Of a stretch of DNA of 61,185 nucleotides, positions 35,955 through 43,920 are shown one piece after another. This DNA is from a virus (Duplodnaviria > Caudoviricetes): positions 1-61,185 of the IMG/VR virus record IMGVR_UViG_3300010373_000049; one strand, 5' to 3'. Made by a program: the position numbers and the translations under genes. Each line of letters begins with the position of its first letter. The stretch's first letter is position 1. The notes under the pieces were generated by a model. That model was given only the letters and a program-made list of their open reading frames with translations, was not told the DNA's origin and did no database searches.

Positions 35955-36245
35955 GTGACCGTCCAGGCTGACATTCTCGCCGCCCTGGCACGCCTGGAGG
36001 CCGATGTGCGTTCCGTCGCCCACGTGGTCAGTGTCATCCACGAGAACCAGCTGTTCGGCACGAGCGTGCCCCCCGACCCTCCCGAACCCCCCAGTAGCAA
36101 CCAAACCGGCCCACAGTCCGCAACGTCCGGCACGACCGTGCCCTCGACCCTGATCGGCACCGATGTCACACCTGTTGAGCCTTCTTCGCCGCCTGTTGGG
36201 GTTGGACCCTATGGGGAGCCGTACGGTTTCCACGTGGGCACGTGA
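35955..36245 (+). CDS. hypothetical Pro-rich protein
   Basis: short helix then low-complexity tail. Confidence 0.4.
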   Translation: MTVQADILAALARLEADVRSVAHVVSVIHENQLFGTSVPPDPPEPPSSNQTGPQSATSGTTVPSTLIGTDVTPVEPSSPPVGVGPYGEPYGFHVGT

Positions 36246-36398
36246 CCCGATGAGCGAAACACTCCCGGTGTGCGACCGCTGCGGGAAGTCGGTCACCAAG
36301 CATTGCACGAGCCCTGTCTGCGACTGGGAGCTGTGTATCGCGTGTCGCCGGATTCGTATCAAGGGGCGCGAGTGGCAGGACCGCAAGGAGAGGCAGCC

Positions 36399-36854
36399 GT
36401 GAGCGACGACAAGACGGTTCCGGCGCACGTGCAGCACGTGTCCCACTCCTATTCGATCCGCTACCCCGCGCACCTCGACCGGGCGGACGACCCGTGGCAC
36501 CAGGATTTCCTGGAATGGAAGAAGCGCCGCAAGGAGTCGAACACCTACTACTGCGATTTCGCCCACGAGTTCCGCGGCGGCGACCAGTCGGAGTGCGACC
36601 TGTCCGAACCGCTCGAAGCGCACCACAAGGTGATCGAGATGGCGTTGGCTAACGGTCTGCTGGTCCCCGAGAACTTCGCCCGGTTCGAGAAGCACTTCCC
36701 CGGTCTCACGAAGGACGAGATCGGGGAGTGGATAGACGGTGACGCCAACCTGGAGCTTTTGGACGTGTTCCATCATCGCGGTCACGGTGGGAAGCACATT
36801 GTGTCGGTGTCTGACTGGCAGGCGTACGAGATACTGCGGGACCTGTTCGCGTGA
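36399..36854 (+). CDS. HNH-like His-rich protein
   Basis: YP.H..R..D..F..C..LEAHH..IE..NL.LL..HHRG.GG.H. Confidence 0.5.
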   Translation: MSDDKTVPAHVQHVSHSYSIRYPAHLDRADDPWHQDFLEWKKRRKESNTYYCDFAHEFRGGDQSECDLSEPLEAHHKVIEMALANGLLVPENFARFEKHFPGLTKDEIGEWIDGDANLELLDVFHHRGHGGKHIVSVSDWQAYEILRDLFA

Positions 36855-37207
36855 TCGCCAAGCTGCGCACGTGGTCGGCTGAGGACGGCCGAAGCGGCAC
36901 GCTCCTTTATCTATGGTGCCCTGCTTGCGATGACGCCCACGCGGTCCAAATCGACGGTGAGCCGCGCTGGACGTGGGACGGGAACCTTGACGCCCCGACG
37001 ATCAGCCCCTCGGTCCTCGTCGGTGGTGTCCAGTGGAATCCGGGCGACCACTTCTATAAGCCGCACCACCACGTGGAACCGGGCGGTCGGATCACGTGCC
37101 ACTCATACGTGAAACAAGGGCGCTGGGAGTTCCTAGGCGACTGCACGCACGACCTGGCGGGACAGACTGTGCCGGTTCCTCCGTTGCCGGATTGGTTGAC
37201 CACGTGA
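36851..37207 (+). CDS. DUF6527-family protein
   Basis: WCPAC..H..WTWDGN..PT.SPSVL..CHSYV..G..FLGDCTH.LAGQTV. Confidence 0.8.
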   Translation: MIAKLRTWSAEDGRSGTLLYLWCPACDDAHAVQIDGEPRWTWDGNLDAPTISPSVLVGGVQWNPGDHFYKPHHHVEPGGRITCHSYVKQGRWEFLGDCTHDLAGQTVPVPPLPDWLTT

Positions 37208-37479
37208 CCAGAAGGCTGGCGTTGCACGGCGGCAACCCTGAGATAGCCGCCGCGTACACGTACCCGTTCCCCGGGTTGTGGGGATGGGCGGCGTTGGCCG
37301 CGGAGGTTGTCGCCTATGACACGTGGGCCGAATGGAACAAAGAACCCACCATGAGTTCGACGTTCGCCAATCTCCTGACGCGTCCGATTGTCGGTCCGAT
37401 CACTTTCGGGGCCACGTGCGCGGTGGCTTTCCATTTGTGGCAAGAGGCGCGGCGGGCGTTACGCCAACCGTCCTCGTAG
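37204..37479 (+). CDS. small membrane protein
   Basis: W.ALA..VVAYD.WA..T.S..; C-terminal hydrophobic helix ending FHL. Confidence 0.5.
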   Translation: MTRRLALHGGNPEIAAAYTYPFPGLWGWAALAAEVVAYDTWAEWNKEPTMSSTFANLLTRPIVGPITFGATCAVAFHLWQEARRALRQPSS

Positions 37480-37621
37480 CAGGACAGTTTTCTACGGGTT
37501 TCTGCGCGAAGTCGTAGAAACCGCTGGGGGTTAAGACCGCAAACAGCGGCGAACCGGGATCACGTGGACCGTTTCGCGGTCACCACCTGGACCGTTTCGT
37601 AAAACATAAAGGAGGAGCGGA

Positions 37622-37912
37622 GTGAATCTGCTCGCCAAACTGGTCGCACGCGCGACCACCCCGAACGCGTCCGGCGTAACCGCGACGAAGGTTGTCAGCG
37701 ACGTGTACCCGATCGTCGGGGTTGTTCTGGCTGTCCTGGCAGTCTTGTCGAACGTCCAGGGTGTGAACATTCCCGTCGAGTACCAGGCGATCATTGACGC
37801 GGTTGTTGCCGGTCTGACCGCGTGGAAGTCGGCAGAGTCGCAGCAGGCGGTCGCTACCGCTAAGGCTGTCGCCAAGGTTTCTTCGTCACGTGCGAAGAAG
37901 GCGGCCAAGTGA
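37622..37912 (+). CDS. putative holin
   Basis: two TM helices, basic C-terminus, AAGGAGG RBS. Confidence 0.55.
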   Translation: MNLLAKLVARATTPNASGVTATKVVSDVYPIVGVVLAVLAVLSNVQGVNIPVEYQAIIDAVVAGLTAWKSAESQQAVATAKAVAKVSSSRAKKAAK

Positions 37913-38184
37913 CCCATCAGACGGCCACCACGACGGTCAAGGAGTACGACGAGGAAGGGCGGCTGGTCAAGGAGACCACGACGACATCTGAGTACGACTG
38001 GCCCGACGCGCCTGCGATCCAGACCCCGTACGTGAGTCCCTATATCCAGCCCACATATCGGTCCAATCCGTGGATCTACCCGACGATCGCGTATCGGCCG
38101 AACACGTGCACCAGCATCGGTCAGTCGGGCACGTGGACCGTAGTCAACGGTGACGGTGAGGGCGGCGAGGCGGTGTCGGCGTGA
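37909..38184 (+). CDS. hypothetical protein
   Basis: T.KEYDEEGRLVKETTT motif; GTGA-coupled. Confidence 0.55.
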   Translation: MTHQTATTTVKEYDEEGRLVKETTTTSEYDWPDAPAIQTPYVSPYIQPTYRSNPWIYPTIAYRPNTCTSIGQSGTWTVVNGDGEGGEAVSA

Positions 38185-38399
38185 TGCCAGTGCTGCTCAC
38201 GCGCGACGTGACCCAACAGGAGTGCGACTGGCTGCCCACCGACCTGCCCGCAGGTACCGAAGTGTTCGTCTACTACGGGTACACGTACGGGTGTTGCACC
38301 CCGAACGGCAAAGCCGTCACCCTCGGAGGACAGGACCAGCTCCCGTTCTTCGAGGTTCCACGTGACGCGCTCGGCTACGTGGACGAGGAGGCGGCATGA
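38181..38399 (+). CDS. small hypothetical protein
   Basis: LTRDVT..ECDWL..Y.GYTYGC..PFFEVP.DAL; coupled both sides. Confidence 0.55.
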   Translation: MMPVLLTRDVTQQECDWLPTDLPAGTEVFVYYGYTYGCCTPNGKAVTLGGQDQLPFFEVPRDALGYVDEEAA

Positions 38400-39106
38400 A
38401 GTACGGAAGGTTGGCAGCCCGCCGCCCTGTCGGGCTTGCCGACCTCGCCTACTACATGGGCCACGTGTTCGACCCGCCGCCTCCGTCAATGGAAGCCCCC
38501 GACGTGCCCGACTGGCGCATGTGCGCCAACGATGAGGTTGGGGACTGCACGCTGGCAGCGGTCGTCCACCAACGAATGGCGTGCGCCGCCGACCTCGATA
38601 TACCGACCGAGGCGTGGCCTTCGGACGCCAAGATCTTGTCCACGTATTTCGCCATGACAGGCGGCAAGGACTCCGGGCTCGTCGAAGCGGACGTGCTGCA
38701 CACGTGGCATACGACTGGCCTGTTCGGTGACCGTATCGCTGGGTACGCCCCGGGCGACCACCGCGACGAGGAAGAACTCCAGGCGATCTGCGCCACGTTC
38801 AACGCCGTCTACTGCGGCATCGTCGTTCCCGCACCCGCCGAGCAGCAGTTCCAGGCGGGTGAACCGTGGGACCTGACCGGCACGTCCGCCGACCGGCAGG
38901 TGTTGGGCGGTCACGCCGTCCCCCTGGTCGGGTACAACGCGGACGGTCCCGTGTTTGTCACGTGGGGTAAAACGCAGCAGGCCACGTGGCGCTGGTGGGC
39001 CGTGAACGGCGAGGAAGCTTGGGCTGTTGTCACGTCCGAGGACTCCCGCAAACTGGACCTTGCCACGTTGCAGGCCGACCTGGCCCGACTGGAACGCGCG
39101 GCATGA
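38396..39106 (+). CDS. papain-like (C1/C39-type) cysteine peptidase
   Basis: ND.VGDCT (catalytic Cys), GGHAV..VGY (His), VTWG. Confidence 0.7.
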   Translation: MKYGRLAARRPVGLADLAYYMGHVFDPPPPSMEAPDVPDWRMCANDEVGDCTLAAVVHQRMACAADLDIPTEAWPSDAKILSTYFAMTGGKDSGLVEADVLHTWHTTGLFGDRIAGYAPGDHRDEEELQAICATFNAVYCGIVVPAPAEQQFQAGEPWDLTGTSADRQVLGGHAVPLVGYNADGPVFVTWGKTQQATWRWWAVNGEEAWAVVTSEDSRKLDLATLQADLARLERAA

Positions 39107-39369
39107 CCGCCAAGAAAACCACACAATCCTCCAATCGGGTGTCGCTTGTCGCATTCGCGGAAGCCGAAGGCGCACGTTCCGGGGTCGCCTGTTTCCTTTG
39201 CGGGATACCCGAACGCGAAGAGGTCGAGCGGGCGATCCTGTCCGGTCAGGTGTCAAAGGCTGCTGCCGCACGCTGGTTGCGTGACGCGTGCCGTTACGAG
39301 AAGGCGTCGAACAGCCGGGTCGGTAACCACATGGACAAGCATGTCAAGCGACCGGCCGAGTCTCGCTGA
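39103..39369 (+). CDS. small Zn/HTH-like protein
   Basis: CFLC...AARWL...V.NH..H; coupled. Confidence 0.5.
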   Translation: MTAKKTTQSSNRVSLVAFAEAEGARSGVACFLCGIPEREEVERAILSGQVSKAAAARWLRDACRYEKASNSRVGNHMDKHVKRPAESR

Positions 39370-40519
39370 GCACGCCGCCGCCAGTCCCGACCCCCACGAT
39401 GGCGCACGTGGTCGGAGAACCCTCGGGAAACTCGCGGAACTGTTGGACCGTCAAGGGATACCGGTCGAGGAGATAGGCCGGGTCCAGCGGATCAACGCCT
39501 GGCAGGGGTTCTACAAGGACGATGACGGCGAAGCCCAAACGGTGGACATGGTGGGCATCAAGCTCACCCCGAACTGGGTGGACGGCCCGGAATGGCCGGT
39601 CGTCCGGCCGGGCCCACGTGTCACGGTCCGAACACCCAAATGGGTGCGCCCCGACCGTGACCACCTGATCGCGGTAGAGCTGCCGGACATTCAGGCCGGA
39701 TTCTGGCGTGACGTGGACGGTGTGCTCCACCCCACCCACGACGACCGCGCCGTGGACCTCGCCCTGATCCACGTGGCGATGCTCAAACCGGACGTGGTGA
39801 TCGTCGGTGGTGACGGGGCGGACTTCCCTGAGTTCGGGAAGTACCGCCTGACCCCGGTGTTCCGGGAGACAACGCAGGCCACCGTCGACTGGCTGACCGT
39901 GTTTGCCGCACGCCTGCGTGTTGCTGCCGGACCGGAGGCGACCATTGTGTGGCTGCCCGGCAACCACGAGGAACGGTTGCCGAACTACATCCTGGACAAC
40001 GCTTCGGCGGCGTTCCGTTTGCGCCGCGGGAACGCACCCAAGTCGTGGCCGGTCCTCACGGTCCCGCACCTGTGCGACTTCGATAACCAGGGTATCCAGT
40101 GGATACCGGGCTACCCGGCCAACGAGTTCTGGGTGAACGACCGGTTGCGGATCGTGCACGGAAGCAAGGTGCGCTCGAACGGGTCCACCGCGCACGTGTA
40201 CCTGAACGAGGAGAGGGTTTCCACGATCTTCAACCACGTGCACCGCAGAGAATGGGCTGAGAAGACCCGGCACACCCGGTATGGACCACGCACCATCCTC
40301 GCCGCGTCGGCCGGTTGCCTGTGCCGTATCGACGGGTCCGTTCCGTCCACCAAGGGCGGCAAGGACGAGGACGGCCAGCCGATCCCGGTGACAGAGGACT
40401 GGCAGCAGGGGATAGCCGTCATCGGCTACCAGCCCGGCGATAGCCCCTTCGGTCTCGAGCTGGTCCCGTTCCACGACGGGGCGGCGTGGTTCCGCGGTCA
40501 ACGGCTGGAGGCACCATGA
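39341..40519 (+). CDS. calcineurin-like metallophosphoesterase
   Basis: PDIQ, GDGAD, GNHE, HG, HVHR, GCLC, WQQG motifs. Confidence 0.85.
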   Translation: MSSDRPSLAEHAAASPDPHDGARGRRTLGKLAELLDRQGIPVEEIGRVQRINAWQGFYKDDDGEAQTVDMVGIKLTPNWVDGPEWPVVRPGPRVTVRTPKWVRPDRDHLIAVELPDIQAGFWRDVDGVLHPTHDDRAVDLALIHVAMLKPDVVIVGGDGADFPEFGKYRLTPVFRETTQATVDWLTVFAARLRVAAGPEATIVWLPGNHEERLPNYILDNASAAFRLRRGNAPKSWPVLTVPHLCDFDNQGIQWIPGYPANEFWVNDRLRIVHGSKVRSNGSTAHVYLNEERVSTIFNHVHRREWAEKTRHTRYGPRTILAASAGCLCRIDGSVPSTKGGKDEDGQPIPVTEDWQQGIAVIGYQPGDSPFGLELVPFHDGAAWFRGQRLEAP

Positions 40520-40680
40520 CGGACGGCACGTGGTTCACGGTGTACCGGAAACGGAACGGCCGCTACGGGTGGATCTGTCACCGTTGCACGTCGGTCGGCA
40601 CCGAGAAGTACGAACCGGAAGCTTGGGCACGGCAATGGGAGCACATGTGCACGTCCCCTCCTGATGGTGAGGCGGCGTGA
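40516..40680 (+). CDS. small Zn-binding hypothetical protein
   Basis: ATGA/GTGA-coupled; W.CHRC..H.C. Confidence 0.45.
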   Translation: MTDGTWFTVYRKRNGRYGWICHRCTSVGTEKYEPEAWARQWEHMCTSPPDGEAA

Positions 40681-40979
40681 GCGTCCTCTACGTGTCGGGG
40701 CCGATGTCAGGTATCGACCATCTCAACTTTCCAGCGTTCGCGTTTGCCTCCCGAAAGCTGCGAGAAGTGGGCCACGTGGTCATTAACCCCGCCGAGAACT
40801 GGGGCGGCAAGAAGGACGTGCCACGTGCCACGTGCATGAGACAGGACATCCAGCAGGTGCTCCTGGCCGACGGACTGGCAATGCTCCACGGGTGGGAGAA
40901 CTCGGCCGGTGCCCGCCTGGAACGCCAGATAGCCGCCGAACTGCAACTGGACATCCGGCCCTGGAAGGAGTGGCTGTGA
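40677..40979 (+). CDS. DUF4406 (nucleoside 2-deoxyribosyltransferase-like) protein
   Basis: YVSGPMSG..NFPAF..L..G..NPAE..M..D..D..ML.GWE.S.GA.LE. Confidence 0.85.
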   Translation: MSVLYVSGPMSGIDHLNFPAFAFASRKLREVGHVVINPAENWGGKKDVPRATCMRQDIQQVLLADGLAMLHGWENSAGARLERQIAAELQLDIRPWKEWL

Positions 40980-41566
40980 TAATCGGGTTGGCAGGGTACG
41001 CCCGCAGCGGCAAAGACACCGTCGCGGAGATCCTGGTCAAAGAGCGAGGATTCCGCCGCATCGCGTTCGCTGACGCCCTCAAGGCTGTGCTGGCCGACGT
41101 GAACCCCCTCATGGGTACCAACTCTCGCCTATCCGACCGGTTGGAATGGGGTTGGGAGCAGGCCAAAACCGAGCCCGAAGTGCGGATGCTCCTGCAACGC
41201 CTAGGGGTAGCGTGCCGCCGCCACATCCACCCCGACGTGTGGGTCGACGCCGTGTTCCACATGATCGAAACCGTCTTCGACGAAACAGGACATCACCGCT
41301 GGGTGATTCCCGACGTTCGGTTCCCGAACGAACTGGTAGCCGTCCGCAACCACGGCGGCCAGGTCTGGCGCGTGGAACGCGCCGGTACGGGCCCAGTGAA
41401 CGGGCACGAATCGGAGACCGCCATCGACGGAGAACGGTTCGATCAGCGGATACCGAACGACAGCACTCTCGACCAGTTGCACGATGTTGTGCTCGAACTG
41501 CACGACTGCCTGGACCCCTCCACGGCCGTCGACTTGGCGGCGGTGTTCGCAGACGATGTCCACTGA
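40976..41566 (+). CDS. deoxynucleoside monophosphate kinase
   Basis: IIGLAGYARSGKDT, FAD.LK, R.LLQ.LG, DVRFPNE, H.SE. Confidence 0.9.
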   Translation: MIIGLAGYARSGKDTVAEILVKERGFRRIAFADALKAVLADVNPLMGTNSRLSDRLEWGWEQAKTEPEVRMLLQRLGVACRRHIHPDVWVDAVFHMIETVFDETGHHRWVIPDVRFPNELVAVRNHGGQVWRVERAGTGPVNGHESETAIDGERFDQRIPNDSTLDQLHDVVLELHDCLDPSTAVDLAAVFADDVH

Positions 41567-41759
41567 CCCGCTCCCCGACGACCTCGCAGAACTGGACTGC
41601 ATGGAGTTCATCACAGTCCTGGTCCAAACGGACGGGGAGCTGATGATCGACTCGAACATTGACGACGACGACCGCGAGGCCGGACTGTTGATGCGCGCCG
41701 CGATGCTGTTGGCTTCGGGCGCGTACTGCTTCGAGGGCGACGAAGACGACGACGACTGA
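41556..41759 (+). CDS. small acidic hypothetical protein
   Basis: overlaps kinase stop; acidic tail. Confidence 0.45.
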   Translation: MSTDPLPDDLAELDCMEFITVLVQTDGELMIDSNIDDDDREAGLLMRAAMLLASGAYCFEGDEDDDD

Positions 41760-41854
41760 CCACGTGCCCCGGGCGCAGCGCGAACTGCCCCGGGGCCGGC
41801 CGACACCAACAAGGAGTGCCGACATGATTGCAATACCCGAGTCGGTGGTCTGAG

Positions 41855-42214
41855 ATGCCTGACATTTCGACCACGTACGCGGACAACGCCCTCGCCGGGG
41901 GTTTGGCCGCAGGAACCACCTACTGGATGAGCGTCCACTCTGCCGATCCGGGCACGACCGGGGCGAACGAGATCGCCGGGACAACCCGCCAGGCGGTCAC
42001 GTTCACCGCCCCCTCGGGTGGGTCGCAGACGATGGCTACCGCGCAGGCTTCGTTCACGTCTATGCCTTCGGTCGCCGGGAACGTGTGGTGCGGCCTTTGG
42101 ACCGCTGTGACCGCCGGGACGTTCCTGATCGGCGACCCGACAGCATCGGTCACCGGCCCGGTGGCTTCGGGGGCGACGGTGGACATCACCGGGTTCACCG
42201 TTTCCGCTTCCTGA
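41855..42214 (+). CDS. virion structural (decoration/fibre-associated) protein
   Basis: H.ADPG.TGANE..RQAVTF..GLW.A.TAGTFL motif. Confidence 0.65.
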   Translation: MPDISTTYADNALAGGLAAGTTYWMSVHSADPGTTGANEIAGTTRQAVTFTAPSGGSQTMATAQASFTSMPSVAGNVWCGLWTAVTAGTFLIGDPTASVTGPVASGATVDITGFTVSAS

Positions 42215-42215
42215 G

Positions 42216-43193
42216 TTGCCTCAGCGTGTTGGTGGTCACACCACCACCCTGAAAGGGTCCGGGGCCGCGTCTTGGTCCACGTCTGCGGTGTCGACCGGCA
42301 GGATCGTCGCCCCACCACAATCGGGGGCCGCTACAGCCACCCTCACCCTGTCGGCGGTCTCCGCGGGCCACGTGGTCCTCAAAGGGGCGGCGGTGGCCGC
42401 CACGGGCCTGTCCGTGGCCACGACCGGCCGCGTGGTCCTACATGGGGTGGCGACAGCCTCGTACGCGTCCCACGTGACCACCAGCGGCCTACCGGTCCTC
42501 AGGGGGTCCGCTGCTGCCAGGCTTGGGGTGACGGTCGGGGGTTCCGGGACGTGGACACCAGCGGGACTGTCCGGTACGGCCAGCGCCACCGTTCACCCGT
42601 CGGCCACAGTCTCAGGGCTGGTCCACGTCGGCGGGGTCGGTACGGGCGCCCTGTCGTTTGCTGCCGCCGCGGCCGGGACGGTCAAACAGTCCGGTAGCGC
42701 ACAGGCTGGACCGTCGTTCGGGGTTGCTGCCGCGGGACACGTGTGGCTGACCGGGCAAGCGGACACCACGACCCGACTGTCGGCCACCGCGTCAGGCTCG
42801 GTTTCCGGTGGACCCCGCTCGGGTGCAAGCTCGGCCCGGTACGCGGTCACCGTCACATCTGCTGGGCACGTGTGGTTGACCGGCACCGCGTCGGTGTCCC
42901 CCCGGCAGACGGTTGTGTCCTCTGGTGGGATCACGTTGACCGGTGCGGCGTCGTCCCACGTGCACCAGACCGCCACGTCGTCCGGTCGGTTGACGTTGAC
43001 GGGTTCCGCGTCGCCGGTTCACACGGTCGTCGCCGTCGCGTCCGCAGGACACGACCCGAGCCCGGTCACAGCAGGCCAGGTGACATTCGCTGACACCCCG
43101 CTCACCGTCGTGGGCCTGTCCGACACCACGTGGACCGCGGATCTTGCCGACAGGCAGTTGGCGACCGTGACCGTCGCGGACAGTCAAGCGTAG
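42216..43193 (+). CDS. Ala/Gly/Ser/Thr-rich beta-repeat structural protein
   Basis: ~22-aa degenerate repeats (G.V.L.G.A...); start uncertain. Confidence 0.5.
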   Translation: MPQRVGGHTTTLKGSGAASWSTSAVSTGRIVAPPQSGAATATLTLSAVSAGHVVLKGAAVAATGLSVATTGRVVLHGVATASYASHVTTSGLPVLRGSAAARLGVTVGGSGTWTPAGLSGTASATVHPSATVSGLVHVGGVGTGALSFAAAAAGTVKQSGSAQAGPSFGVAAAGHVWLTGQADTTTRLSATASGSVSGGPRSGASSARYAVTVTSAGHVWLTGTASVSPRQTVVSSGGITLTGAASSHVHQTATSSGRLTLTGSASPVHTVVAVASAGHDPSPVTAGQVTFADTPLTVVGLSDTTWTADLADRQLATVTVADSQA

Positions 43194-43202
43194 GAGAACC
43201 AT

Positions 43203-43529
43203 GTGAACACCTACACGGCCGGCCAGGTTCTTGTCTGCACAGCCACGTTCACCGTCTCGGGGGTGAACACCGACCCGACCACCGTCGAGTTCAAATACGC
43301 CCTATCCACGTCGGGGTCGACGGTGAACGGGACGACCACCACCCTCACCTACTCGGGTGCCACCCAACCGGCTTTGGGTGTCGTGGCGAAGACCGCGACG
43401 GGCGTCTACGAGGCGCAGGTGGACACGACCGGGATGGGAGCGGGGGACCTGACCTACGAGTGGGTGTCTACCGGGGCGGCGCAGACGGTCGGGTCGTCAG
43501 TCGTGCAAATCGCAGCCCAAGCCTTGTGA
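43203..43529 (+). CDS. small Ig/BppU-like structural protein
   Basis: DPTTV..TGVY..DTTG..Y.W..TG; GGAG RBS. Confidence 0.6.
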   Translation: MNTYTAGQVLVCTATFTVSGVNTDPTTVEFKYALSTSGSTVNGTTTTLTYSGATQPALGVVAKTATGVYEAQVDTTGMGAGDLTYEWVSTGAAQTVGSSVVQIAAQAL

Positions 43530-43551
43530 GCCACGTGACCCGGAGGTTTCC

Positions 43552-43920
43552 TTGTCAGCCAACCTGATCAACTCCCAGAGCCTCAACCCGCAGGTGTTGG
43601 CGTCCCTGCAGATCGCCTCGGCGAGCACCGAAACGACCGTCTACCAGTGCCCAACGAACAGTTCGGCGAAGATCGAGACCGCCTGGTTGTGTAACACCAC
43701 GAACGCTGCTGTCACGGTGAACGTGTCGGTGGTGAAGGCTGGGGGCACGTCGGGGGTCACGAACCGGGTGATCGAAGCGTACCCACTCGCCGCGTACGAC
43801 GTGCTCAGTCTGACCCCCTATTTGGGTGGGGCGATGATCGGCCCGCTCGATTTCATTGCGGTGAACGTGGGGACGGCCGCGGCTGTCAACTTTGGTGCGA
43901 CGGGGGCGGTGGGTTCGTGA
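43552..43920 (+). CDS. small beta-sandwich structural protein
   Basis: T.Y.CP....I....CNTT.AAVTV.V; GGAGG RBS before TTG. Confidence 0.6.
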   Translation: MSANLINSQSLNPQVLASLQIASASTETTVYQCPTNSSAKIETAWLCNTTNAAVTVNVSVVKAGGTSGVTNRVIEAYPLAAYDVLSLTPYLGGAMIGPLDFIAVNVGTAAAVNFGATGAVGS

